From contig OZ246423.1 of assembly GCA_965231215.1 (NCBI GenBank), positions 1,088,001-1,152,000 of the forward strand: a stretch of 64,000 bases of DNA. The letters run 5' to 3'. The notes beneath the pieces were generated by a model. That model was not told the DNA's origin, did no database searches, and saw only the letters and a list, made by a program, of their open reading frames with translations. The DNA comes from Candidatus Altimarinota bacterium (GTDB lineage: Bacteria; Patescibacteriota; Gracilibacteria; UBA4473). Each line of letters starts with the position of its first letter. Position 1 is the first letter of the stretch. A program made the position numbers and the translations under genes. Below, piece after piece: positions 50,143 through 59,500 of the stretch.

Positions 50143-50904
50143 TTAGCTTAGGTTGTCCCAGTGGTTTTTGAAAATAGTTCTGAGCATTTTTGCGAATGTT
50201 TCACCTTCTACACATATCCCAATTGGATGGTCTTCTTGGAAGGTAATGAAAGCTATTTTATTACCGTAGATTCGCACTTCGGCATCAATTTTTAGGTCTT
50301 TGGTTAGTTTTACTTGTCGATTACGTTCTTTGTCATGAGCATCTTCTTTTTCATATTCATTTTCAGGCTTTATAGCATAGGTTCTTATACCTTTTTCAAT
50401 ACGCTTTGTAATAAATTCCTTAGTATAATCGTCTCCAAAGGTTGAATAAATTTTAGCTAAATCTGTCCAAGAATAAAGATCTTCTCCAGTCTTGAGCATA
50501 TCTTCGTAAATCTCCTTGATTCCTTCTTCCCCTTCAAAGAAAAACACCTCGGGTTGCCATTGTTCTTCCTCAGTCACATCAAAAAAGTTGCTCATATCTT
50601 TCTCCGCTTTTTCGTAGAGAGTATCATGCTTATGTTTTTCTTCTTCTATCCATTCAAAGAACTTCTCTTTTTTACACGCTTCGTAGGTGTCTTCCTCCCC
50701 TCCACTAAGGATTACAAGGTCTTTTCGAGAAAGGTTGGCCAAGATGGCTTGCACAAGGTTAAAAGGGACAAGCGCTTCACGACTGATACGCTTTACTGAG
50801 GCCTTTTTAACTCTAAATAAATACAATAGGACTTTCACCTCTTGTCGGGTAAATCCTAACATACGAAGAGTTTGTTCTAGTTGAAGACTTTTATCTGGTG
50901 TCAT
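50143..50904 (-). CDS. TrmB-family HTH regulator (CPR-type)
   Basis: LGFTRQEVKVLLYL, PEVFFFEGEEGIKEIY, EVRIYGNKIAFI. Confidence 0.85.
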   Translation of the reverse strand: MTPDKSLQLEQTLRMLGFTRQEVKVLLYLFRVKKASVKRISREALVPFNLVQAILANLSRKDLVILSGGEEDTYEACKKEKFFEWIEEEKHKHDTLYEKAEKDMSNFFDVTEEEQWQPEVFFFEGEEGIKEIYEDMLKTGEDLYSWTDLAKIYSTFGDDYTKEFITKRIEKGIRTYAIKPENEYEKEDAHDKERNRQVKLTKDLKIDAEVRIYGNKIAFITFQEDHPIGICVEGETFAKMLRTIFKNHWDNLS

Positions 50905-50905
50905 C

Positions 50906-51508
50906 TTATATTTTGTGAGCAGCTACCGCTTCAAATTCATCCATGATATCTAAGTACATGGAGTGATATCTGAACGATATTTTATGAAAGTACTCAGAGA
51001 GCAGGGGAAGGTAGTCTTCATGTAACTCTCGGAGCCATTTTTTTTGTTTTTCAGGTTTGAGGTATTCAATGCTTTGTAAGTTGTGCAGTAAGTCTGCAAG
51101 TTTTATAAAAAAGACGCCGATGTCTTGGTCAAAGGCGCTTTTTAATTGGTTCACAAATTGGTTGTGGCGATCATGGCTAGAGGTGTTTTGGGTATCTTTA
51201 CTGAGCGCATCTACCATAAAGAAAACGTACTTACCAAATTCCTGGATAATGGTTTGTGCTAAGGCTTCAGGATTATCTCCATCCTCTAAAACGTCATGGA
51301 GCAGGGCCGCACAGATCATATCTTCATCCCCTCCAAATTGAGCAATCAGGCAGGCTACTTCTACGGGGTGTTTAATATAGGGTTCGCCTGAGAGTCTTTT
51401 TTGATTTTTATGAACTTCAGCCGCTATTTCATAGGCTCTTTGTACTCGAGCTTGGTTAAAGCTTGAAGACTTAGATTTTAGGGCTTTTTGAAGGACTGAA
51501 AATTCCAT
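50906..51508 (-). CDS. Stand-alone RelA/SpoT HD hydrolase (small alarmone hydrolase-like)
   Basis: HKNQKRLSGEPYIKHP, AALLHDVLED, IKLADLLHN; ends before any synthetase domain. Confidence 0.88.
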   Translation of the reverse strand: MEFSVLQKALKSKSSSFNQARVQRAYEIAAEVHKNQKRLSGEPYIKHPVEVACLIAQFGGDEDMICAALLHDVLEDGDNPEALAQTIIQEFGKYVFFMVDALSKDTQNTSSHDRHNQFVNQLKSAFDQDIGVFFIKLADLLHNLQSIEYLKPEKQKKWLRELHEDYLPLLSEYFHKISFRYHSMYLDIMDEFEAVAAHKI

Positions 51509-51554
51509 GTTTGAATGTAAAACTTTCTACTATTTATTAAAAAATTTGTCAAAA

Positions 51555-53609
51555 TTATGAACTATTTTCTTTCAGTTTTGTGTAAACACCTTTTTCCTGG
51601 ATTTCAACGACTCCCTCAAGACTTCGAATTTCTTGTATAGCCTTTTTATAAGCTTTTTCATCAGGAATATTGACGGTGAATTTAGCCAATAGAACATTGT
51701 CTTTGAGTTTTTTGAAATCCACCTTCCAGATAAAAATATGCTTTGGAGTGAGTACTTCTGAATAATCACGCATAAGGCCGAGTCGGTCTTTGGCTAAAAT
51801 TGAGAAATGTTTTTGCATAATAAATTCTGCTTCTAGAGTTCTTTCTGGGTCTAAATTTTTAAAAACTTTACAGTTTTTTTCGTGAATTACAAAATCCTTT
51901 CCACGAGTATTGTAGGCGCAGACTTCTTTGCCTGGTTGCGGATTACAACATTTGGCAAATCTATGAGGAAGTCCAAACTCCCCCCCTATCACCATCTGAT
52001 ATTTTTTGAGATCTTCAGGAGTTTTTACTTCTGGAGGCATAAATTTAGGTCTCCGATGCGGACGTGCATATTTTTTAGCTTCGGGTTTTTCGGTTAGGCT
52101 ATTTTCGGTTTGTTGTTTATGGACTTGATTGAGGTAGTTTTGGATTTTATGTCTGGCACTACTAGACTTTACAAACTTGAGCCATTGAGGATTTGGGGCT
52201 CGACCTGTTTTAGACATTATTTCTACGACATCACCGGCTTTAAGTTCTTCACTAAGTGGCTTGATAACCCCATTAACTTTAGCGCCTACACATCCATGAC
52301 CTATTTGGGTATGGATTGCATAAGCAAAATCAATAGGCGTGGCCCCGGTTGGGAGGTTTTTAACATCTCCCTTAGGCGTGAGTACATGAATCCTGGTTTT
52401 TGAGAGTGATTCTGTGACGTGCTGGAAAAAATGATTAGAGGATTCAATCTGAGCTAGCTCTTCCATGTCCTGAGGCACCCAACCAGTGGTTTCTCTATAT
52501 TTTTCATCAAAGTGAGAATCACCACGGGCTTTATAGGCCCAATGGGCGGCTGGCCCTAGTTCTGCATCAAGATGCATTTGCATTGTCCGAATCTGTATTT
52601 CTGTGGGCACTTTACTCTGAGCCAGCCCTAGTACGGTTGTATGGAGGCTTTGATACCCATTCGGCTTTGGGACAGCGATATAGTCTTTGAATCGTCCAGG
52701 AATAGGTTTCCAATGAGCATGGATAAGCCCTAAAGCTCGATAACAATCAGTATCATCACTTACAATTATTCTGAGCGCTAGTAAATCATGAATCTCAGAA
52801 GCGTGTTGAAGGTTTTTCTTTCTTAGTTTTTGTCGTACCGAATAGAGGTTTTTATCTCTTCCCTCGACTTTTTCAAACTCAATTTTGGATTTAGTAAGGA
52901 GCTTTTGAATTTCTTTTTTGGCTTCTTGAATATATTTAATTCGCTCTTTTTTGGATTGTTTAATCTGCGTAGTTAGACGGTCATGTTCTTCCTTGTAAAG
53001 AGCTTTAAAACAAAGATCTTCAATCTGAACTTTAAATTCATTGATCCCAAGTCTATCAGCCACCGGCACATATATCTGTAAAGATTCTCGAGCAATACGA
53101 GCTTGTTTTTCTTGTTTTACATGTCTGAGAGTTTTGAGGTTGTGGATTCGGTCTGCTAGTTTTATAAAAACTACGCGAATATCTTTGGCCATTGCCATAA
53201 AAAGTTTTCTCAAACTTTCTAGCTCTCGTTCTTTACCTTTAAGACGAATCTTTGAAATCTTTTCAACCCCTTCACACAAAAACCGAATATTTGATCCGAA
53301 CTCATTTTCTATCTCATCAGCTGTAGTGGCTGTGTCTTCAATCACATCGTGGAGCAAACACGCACAAATAGTTTCGATATCTGGCTGAATTTGAAGCAGT
53401 ATCTTTGTAGCCGCTATAGGATGAGAAAAATACGGCTCGCCAGAAAATCGTTTTTGATGTTCATGCGCTTTTTTCGCCATACAAAAAGCTTTTTTAATGA
53501 GGGCTTCATCCTTTTTTTTGAAGGATGGATGGTAGTGATTAATCTCATAGATGATTTCTTTAAAATCATCCTCAAAATTACACTCGCAATTAGCCGTATC
53601 TAAGCTCAT
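51555..53609 (-). CDS. rel: Bifunctional (p)ppGpp synthetase/hydrolase Rel
   Basis: LLHDVIED; RFKDY, NGYQSLHT, EIQIRT; TGS DFAYAIHT; AKCCNP; ACT DRLGLM. Confidence 0.95.
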   Translation of the reverse strand: MSLDTANCECNFEDDFKEIIYEINHYHPSFKKKDEALIKKAFCMAKKAHEHQKRFSGEPYFSHPIAATKILLQIQPDIETICACLLHDVIEDTATTADEIENEFGSNIRFLCEGVEKISKIRLKGKERELESLRKLFMAMAKDIRVVFIKLADRIHNLKTLRHVKQEKQARIARESLQIYVPVADRLGINEFKVQIEDLCFKALYKEEHDRLTTQIKQSKKERIKYIQEAKKEIQKLLTKSKIEFEKVEGRDKNLYSVRQKLRKKNLQHASEIHDLLALRIIVSDDTDCYRALGLIHAHWKPIPGRFKDYIAVPKPNGYQSLHTTVLGLAQSKVPTEIQIRTMQMHLDAELGPAAHWAYKARGDSHFDEKYRETTGWVPQDMEELAQIESSNHFFQHVTESLSKTRIHVLTPKGDVKNLPTGATPIDFAYAIHTQIGHGCVGAKVNGVIKPLSEELKAGDVVEIMSKTGRAPNPQWLKFVKSSSARHKIQNYLNQVHKQQTENSLTEKPEAKKYARPHRRPKFMPPEVKTPEDLKKYQMVIGGEFGLPHRFAKCCNPQPGKEVCAYNTRGKDFVIHEKNCKVFKNLDPERTLEAEFIMQKHFSILAKDRLGLMRDYSEVLTPKHIFIWKVDFKKLKDNVLLAKFTVNIPDEKAYKKAIQEIRSLEGVVEIQEKGVYTKLKENSS

Positions 53610-53726
53610 GGTTGATTAATTCCGATTATGTGATAGGTCGTGGATTTTGTCTATTTTTATTTGGCATTTTTACCACGTCACAAAGACTTTGAAGTAAAGC
53701 TAAATTTCTATATATTTGTTCCACTT

Positions 53727-55916
53727 ATGTCCTCCAGCTTAGCCTTTAGAATTCGAGTAATAAAAATTTTAGCCCTGATTGTAGGGCTTATTTTTACCTG
53801 GAGGCTTTTTGATCTACAGATTTTAAATCACAACACTTATTACAATGAAGCTAAAGCGCAACATGAGAAAAGGTCTATCTTGCCAGCTCGTCGGGGGAAG
53901 ATACTGGCTAAGAAAAATTATTTTTCAGAAGAGCTCACGCCCCTGGCCACGAACAATACATTAAAAATGTTGTATGTAGACCCTTTGGTCTTAGCCTATC
54001 CCAAATACGATCCTCAACTCCCTTTAGAATCTCAAGAGCGGGGAAGCCCCCGAGAGGTCGCCAACTTGCTGGCACCAATATTGATTCACTCACACTGTGA
54101 ACGCATAGAGGGATGCATTATAGAAACAGACCCAGACCAATGGACAGAACCTGAGCGCATTGCCATTGAGGCGTATGCGCGTGAACTTGAATCCATCTTT
54201 ACCCAAATAGAACGAGTAAGAGTCATCATAGAAACCGATATTGCTGAAAGTCGTATAGAACAAATTCAGAGCATGAATTTAACCGGAATTAGAGCAGAAG
54301 GGACTTCAGTTATAGCCGATCCTACTAGAGTGACCGATATGGCAAGCACAGCTGATAGTTTGGCTCAGGTCCTTAATCTAGATTCTGGAAAACTGCAAAA
54401 ACTACTTCAAAGACGTCCTCGGCGTTACGTAGAAGTCGTGAACAAAATGGTGCCAGAAGTATCACAATATATTACAGATCTAAAAGGAAATCCGCGCTAT
54501 AGAGAAATGCTCAGAGGGGTGCGAATGAAAGACGAACACTGGCGGTACTATCCAGAAAGAAACTTAGCATCGCAGGTTTTAGGGTTTGTAGACTCACAGG
54601 GGAACGGACAGTATGGAATTGAAGGACGATTTGACATTGATCTGCGTGGGCAAGAAGGCTTTATTTATGGAGCGACCAATACTCGTGGGCAACGGATTTT
54701 GGGAAAAGGATCGGGAATCACTCAGGCCCGTGATGGGGCCGATGTTGTCATCTCAATTGATCGTATTATTCAGGGACAGATAGAAGAAATACTAGCCGAA
54801 GATCTTGAGCGTTTTCAGGCAGACTTTGGACAAATTGTCGTAGTAGAACCAAGCACCGGAAGAGTACTGGCAATGGTACACGCACCAAGTTTTGATCCTA
54901 ATGAATATGGGAAAGCCTTTTTAAAGTATGAGATTTCTCATGAGCAGTACCAAGCCGATCAAGAAGACGAAAATTTCAATAAGCGTATCCCGACAGAAAA
55001 CATTGAAGGCAGCCTTTATCGTTACTTTAATACCTGGGGGCCGCAGGTATTTAGAAACAAAATTATCTCAGATTCATATGAACCAGGGTCAGTGATGAAA
55101 GCTATTACTATGGCAGCAGCCCTTAACTCAGATGAAGTAACACCAGAAACTATTTACATTGATGAGGGTCCAATTGAGGTAGATGAGTTTAAGATTAGAA
55201 ATTCAGATCATACCTACGCCGGGCCTACCTCGATGATCTCTGTGCTTAATCGATCTCTCAATACGGGTATTGCTTTTATTACACGAAAAATGGGAGCGAA
55301 ATTAACCTATGAGTATCTGCATAATTTTGGATTTGGACAGTTTACCGATATCGAACTTCCGGGGGAAGAAGAGGGGAATTTAGAATTCTGGAAAGATTGG
55401 GCGGAATCTGAGCTTATTACTCGAGGGTTTGGACAAGGGTTACTAGCTACACCACTACAAATGACAATGGCTTTTTCTGCTCTAGCTAATGGAGGATATT
55501 TAATGAAACCCATTGTGGTTGAAGAAATTAGATACAAAGATGGGCAAGCCTCCAAAATTATTCACCCAGAACGTATCAGGAGAGTGATTTCAGATTCGGC
55601 ATACAACACCATTAAGTCGATGCTGCTGAATGTGGTAAATACAGGGACTGGCAGAGGCGCTAGAGTCTTTGGATATTCAGTGATGGGAAAAACTGGAACC
55701 TCACAAACTTATAAAAACGGAAAAGTTCTAGAAGGCGTAGGAACCACCATTGCGACTTTTGCTGGTTTTGGGCCTATCAAAGAACCCAAGTTTGTGATTT
55801 TAGTGAAATACGATTATCCCAAAACTTCTCAGTGGGGATCAGAAACAGCCGCAGTCACATTCAAAACAGTAGCAGAGTTCCTTTTTGACTACTTTGAACT
55901 ACCACCAGATCGGTAG
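53727..55916 (+). CDS. Class B penicillin-binding protein (FtsI/PBP2-type) with insertions
   Basis: RRGKI, RYYP, EPGSVMK (SxxK), SLN, KTGT. Confidence 0.93.
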   Translation: MSSSLAFRIRVIKILALIVGLIFTWRLFDLQILNHNTYYNEAKAQHEKRSILPARRGKILAKKNYFSEELTPLATNNTLKMLYVDPLVLAYPKYDPQLPLESQERGSPREVANLLAPILIHSHCERIEGCIIETDPDQWTEPERIAIEAYARELESIFTQIERVRVIIETDIAESRIEQIQSMNLTGIRAEGTSVIADPTRVTDMASTADSLAQVLNLDSGKLQKLLQRRPRRYVEVVNKMVPEVSQYITDLKGNPRYREMLRGVRMKDEHWRYYPERNLASQVLGFVDSQGNGQYGIEGRFDIDLRGQEGFIYGATNTRGQRILGKGSGITQARDGADVVISIDRIIQGQIEEILAEDLERFQADFGQIVVVEPSTGRVLAMVHAPSFDPNEYGKAFLKYEISHEQYQADQEDENFNKRIPTENIEGSLYRYFNTWGPQVFRNKIISDSYEPGSVMKAITMAAALNSDEVTPETIYIDEGPIEVDEFKIRNSDHTYAGPTSMISVLNRSLNTGIAFITRKMGAKLTYEYLHNFGFGQFTDIELPGEEEGNLEFWKDWAESELITRGFGQGLLATPLQMTMAFSALANGGYLMKPIVVEEIRYKDGQASKIIHPERIRRVISDSAYNTIKSMLLNVVNTGTGRGARVFGYSVMGKTGTSQTYKNGKVLEGVGTTIATFAGFGPIKEPKFVILVKYDYPKTSQWGSETAAVTFKTVAEFLFDYFELPPDR

Positions 55917-55983
55917 CGTGTGTCATAGTGAGGCTGGCTCAGTTTGTTGTTTTATACCAAGTGTTCTAGACTCAATACTAGTC

Positions 55984-57072
55984 CTATTTAGATTTTTTTG
56001 AGTATGGATTTTCTTCACCATCCCAAATAACTTTTTGAACCGGGTAGGCAATCTTGATACCGTTTTTTTCTAAAGCTTCTTTTATCTGAATTAGAACGTC
56101 CTCTTGAGTATTTACATAGTCATACCAATCATCACTACTTAAAAAATATACAAATTGATAGCGCATGTAATAATCTTCAAAAGATCTTAAAGCGCCAAAA
56201 TCAAAGCGAGCGTCCTTTTCTAACTCTACAGCTTTTTGCACGATTTCACTGACTTTTTGGAGTTTTTTATTATCCGTGTAGTAGTCAATCCGGAGATCAA
56301 AAGAGATTCTTCGTTCTTTAAGTTCCCCGTAATTATTAATTCGAGTTTCGGTAAGTTCTCGGTTAGAGATAACCAACTCCTCGCCATCGAGGCTTCTGAG
56401 TCTTGTGGTTTTAAGTCCGATTTTTTCGACACTTCCACCGTTATCGCCTAATTGAATCCAATCGCCAACTTTGAAAGGTTTGTCAAAGTAAATGGTAAAA
56501 CTAGCAAAAAGATCAGACAAAATGTTCTGAATCGCTAGAGCTACCGCAATCCCTAAAATCCCAAGGGAAGTAGCCAAAGCCGAAACATCAATCCCAATAT
56601 TAGAAAGAATTAGCACTAGAGCCAAGCTCCAGAGTAAAAATTTCAACATCATTTTGGTTCCCTGAACAGCGGTTCGGTTTCCATGATTTTCGGCATCAAG
56701 TAAAAAGAGCTCAGCAATAAGCTGGACAATGCGAGTGCCTTCAATAACGCCCCAAATTACAATAACCGGAATAAACACATAATTAAAATGAATTGGCATA
56801 TTAAGGGTTTGAACCGCTATAAAAACAGAAAGAAGTCTCCAAAAATTTGGAGAAATATTTTCTATAGCGATGATGAGTTTTTCGTCCCAATAATATTTGT
56901 TATGCCCACAAAGAGCTTTAATGCGAAGAATGATCACGGTTCTAAAAAGTCGGAATCCTAAAAAAAGCCCCAAAAACAAGAGCATCGCGTGAATATAGTC
57001 GGCACAACTGTTCCCCCACAAAATGGTATTTTGGCATTGAATATAGATTTCGGTGATAGATTCCCAAATCAT
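55984..57072 (-). CDS. Small-conductance mechanosensitive channel family protein
   Basis: ALAIQNILSDLFAS, DKPFKVGD, IGLKTTR. Confidence 0.92.
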   Translation of the reverse strand: MIWESITEIYIQCQNTILWGNSCADYIHAMLLFLGLFLGFRLFRTVIILRIKALCGHNKYYWDEKLIIAIENISPNFWRLLSVFIAVQTLNMPIHFNYVFIPVIVIWGVIEGTRIVQLIAELFLLDAENHGNRTAVQGTKMMLKFLLWSLALVLILSNIGIDVSALATSLGILGIAVALAIQNILSDLFASFTIYFDKPFKVGDWIQLGDNGGSVEKIGLKTTRLRSLDGEELVISNRELTETRINNYGELKERRISFDLRIDYYTDNKKLQKVSEIVQKAVELEKDARFDFGALRSFEDYYMRYQFVYFLSSDDWYDYVNTQEDVLIQIKEALEKNGIKIAYPVQKVIWDGEENPYSKKSK

Positions 57073-57167
57073 CCTGCTATTATAGCAGAAATAAGCGGTT
57101 TTTTCAAATACAGACTTTAAAAAAAATGAAATTTTTGGTATAATGCTCAGATTTATTTTGAAAAATC

Positions 57168-57479
57168 ATGGCTTGGGGAAATATTTGGAAACGAAATCCA
57201 GAAAAGAAAGAGACAGCTCCACACACAGCTGAACTTGGACAATTGCGTCAAGAATTAGCTCACAAAGTAACCTTTGATCAGGCTGCTGAGGCTCAAGACC
57301 GATTAGCAGAGTCTCGCGCAAAGCTTGAGTATTTGGAGGAAAAAACCAAGCGAGGCGAAGCTGTTCCAGATTCCTATATGAGCTACGCTGAAGCTCGGGT
57401 TAGGACGGATGAAGCATTAGTGGCTCAATATGGTGATCAATCGGCCTTAGCGGACTTGAGTAAAGAAGTCCAAGCCTAA
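57168..57479 (+). CDS. Hypothetical helical protein
   Basis: 103-aa ORF preceded by extended -10 TGGTATAAT. Confidence 0.65.
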   Translation: MAWGNIWKRNPEKKETAPHTAELGQLRQELAHKVTFDQAAEAQDRLAESRAKLEYLEEKTKRGEAVPDSYMSYAEARVRTDEALVAQYGDQSALADLSKEVQA

Positions 57480-57620
57480 ACCATTCGATTCCGAAACTCA
57501 TTTGACGCGCCTCAATACGGCTCCAGGGGGGTAGTTTTTCAGGAGTTCTAAGTGAGAGGAGAGGAGATGGTTCTATAAAGAGAATAGCCCTCCAGAAAGT
57601 TATTTATACTGTGTAGTTAT

Positions 57621-57849
57621 CAGTTCATTCCACCTTGAATTTAGTTTTTTTAATGAGGTTTTCCTTATTTTTTTGAGATCCAGCTTTTAATTTTTTTTCA
57701 AAATTAAAAGCCTCTTTCATGGAATCTGTTTCATCAAACCAACCCAATTTTAGACAATTGTATTGAGTCGTAAATCCTGGTTTTTCTTTAGATTTATGCC
57801 GATTAATTTTGGCTTCGTGATTGAGTTTTAGCTTTTCAACATACCAAAC
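57621..57849 (-). pseudogene. Remnant of a small GIY-YIG (UPF0213-like) nuclease
   Basis: HKSKEKPGFTTQYNCLKLGWFDE...EAFNFEKKLKAGSQKNKENLI, then frameshifted NSRWNEL; no start codon and no GIY-YIG motif. Confidence 0.7.
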
Positions 57850-57894
57850 TTACTTTAGGCACAGAGTTCAAAATGCCGCCTATCATATGGGCCA

Positions 57895-58728
57895 TTATTT
57901 AATGGTGTGTAAATGTACATCCCTTTGTGGGTAAGGAATAGAGATGCCTGCGGCATCAAAGGCTTTTTTGACTTTTCGGTTCATAGTGTAGGGAAGCGTC
58001 CAAGAGTCATCAGTTTTAGCGAAAGCTCGGACTTGTAAATTAACAGAACTGTCAGCCAGTTCATGTACAAAAAAGGTTGGCTCAGGGGTGTCTAAGACAG
58101 TTTTTTCTTTTTTGATGAGGTCTTTGAGGATTTTTTCAGCCTTATCAATATCGTCTCCATACCCAATCCCAAAGATCATATCTACCCGGCGCGTTCCTTT
58201 TTTAGAGTAGTTCATCATAGGGTTATTCGAAAGTTCTCCATTGGGGATTACTACAATTTCATTGCTTGGAGTTTTTAAAAGCGTGTATAGAATTTCAATT
58301 TTTTGGACGGTTCCATTAAACCCTTGAGCTTCAATATAGTCTCCAATTTTAAAAGGTTTAAACACCAAGATAAGTACCCCTCCAGCAAAGTTGGCCAGAC
58401 TTCCTTGTAGTGCTAATCCAATAGCAAGACCGGCCGCCCCAAACATGGCTACAAACGTGGTCATTTGGATACCCAACATTCCCGCCACGGTGATAAAGAG
58501 GACAATTTTAAGGGCAATGCTAATAAGGCTTTCAATAAATCCTTCTAGCGCTTCATCAAAATTAAGTTTCTCAAAAGCTTGATGAATGCCCCGAATAAGC
58601 TGATTAATAATTATCCACCCAATAATAAGCACCACCATTGCACCAAATACTCGAGGCGTAATTTCTCCTATTTTTGCTAAAACAATACTAACATAGTTAT
58701 TCCAAGGGAGGTTCATCAACAATTCCAT
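57895..58728 (-). CDS. mscS: Small-conductance mechanosensitive channel
   Basis: GLAIGLALQGSLANFAGG, KPFKIGD, IPNG, IPYPQRDVH. Confidence 0.94.
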   Translation of the reverse strand: MELLMNLPWNNYVSIVLAKIGEITPRVFGAMVVLIIGWIIINQLIRGIHQAFEKLNFDEALEGFIESLISIALKIVLFITVAGMLGIQMTTFVAMFGAAGLAIGLALQGSLANFAGGVLILVFKPFKIGDYIEAQGFNGTVQKIEILYTLLKTPSNEIVVIPNGELSNNPMMNYSKKGTRRVDMIFGIGYGDDIDKAEKILKDLIKKEKTVLDTPEPTFFVHELADSSVNLQVRAFAKTDDSWTLPYTMNRKVKKAFDAAGISIPYPQRDVHLHTIK

Positions 58729-58788
58729 AGATCAAAAAATTAAATTCGACCTTAGTGTAAAAAAATCCTTGAAGCTCTACAACCCAAG

Positions 58789-59313
58789 TTATTGCAAAAA
58801 CCCTTCCTTCAGTAGTTCTTTAGCAGTCAATTTATCAACCCCTCGTGATTGGAAGTATAGCACTTTTTCTTTATCCACTGGGGCAATAGAGGCTCCATGA
58901 CCGGCTGACTTTACTTTATCGGTTTCCACTCGAAGCACAGGGAGAGATTTACCCTTAGCCTGGTCAAAGAGGATGATGTTTTCTTCAATATGGGCTTCAG
59001 CATTTTCAGATTCACTTGTCAGAGTGCCAGACCCATCAAATTCTAAAAAGCTCTCACCTTCGGCCGTTCCTTTGAGCTGGATAGAGCCGATTTGTTCTTT
59101 TCCTTTGAAAATCTGTTTAATCTGCCAGGTTTTACGATCGGTTCCTTTAGATTGAGCTCGACCTTGGATATGGCATTCAGCATTCTCGCCTTCTAATTTT
59201 ACAACGAGCTGGAAATCTCTAGACCCTTCATCAAAATCTTCTAAAAAAATTTCTAAGCATTCTTGTGCCTTGAGGGTTATATTTTTTTCACCAGTGGGGT
59301 TGGTCAGTTTCAT
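58789..59313 (-). CDS. sufD: Short SufD-like (SufBD C-terminal) protein
   Basis: PVLRV..VKSAGHGASI, YFQSRG; downstream of sufCB; only 174 aa. Confidence 0.75.
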   Translation of the reverse strand: MKLTNPTGEKNITLKAQECLEIFLEDFDEGSRDFQLVVKLEGENAECHIQGRAQSKGTDRKTWQIKQIFKGKEQIGSIQLKGTAEGESFLEFDGSGTLTSESENAEAHIEENIILFDQAKGKSLPVLRVETDKVKSAGHGASIAPVDKEKVLYFQSRGVDKLTAKELLKEGFLQ

Positions 59314-59500
59314 CAGTCACAAATGTAGTTAAAAGTCAGTAACAAGCAATTTAACTTTATTTATTAGATTATTATTAAGGTATTAAAAATGCTTATCCTA
59401 CATTGAATAGGCAAATGCAATGAGCAGGAGGAAGTTAGGGATTAGGCGGTAAGGAGAAGAAGACTTCGTGCGGAGTTTTGGTGCTTGAAGAATTGAATTT

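Noticed and set aside
29145-59457. Shared GATTWGGCGGTAAG in two intergenic regions (~29145 and ~59440)
   Set aside because: Only about 14 bp with no flanking similarity; cannot be separated from chance by eye.
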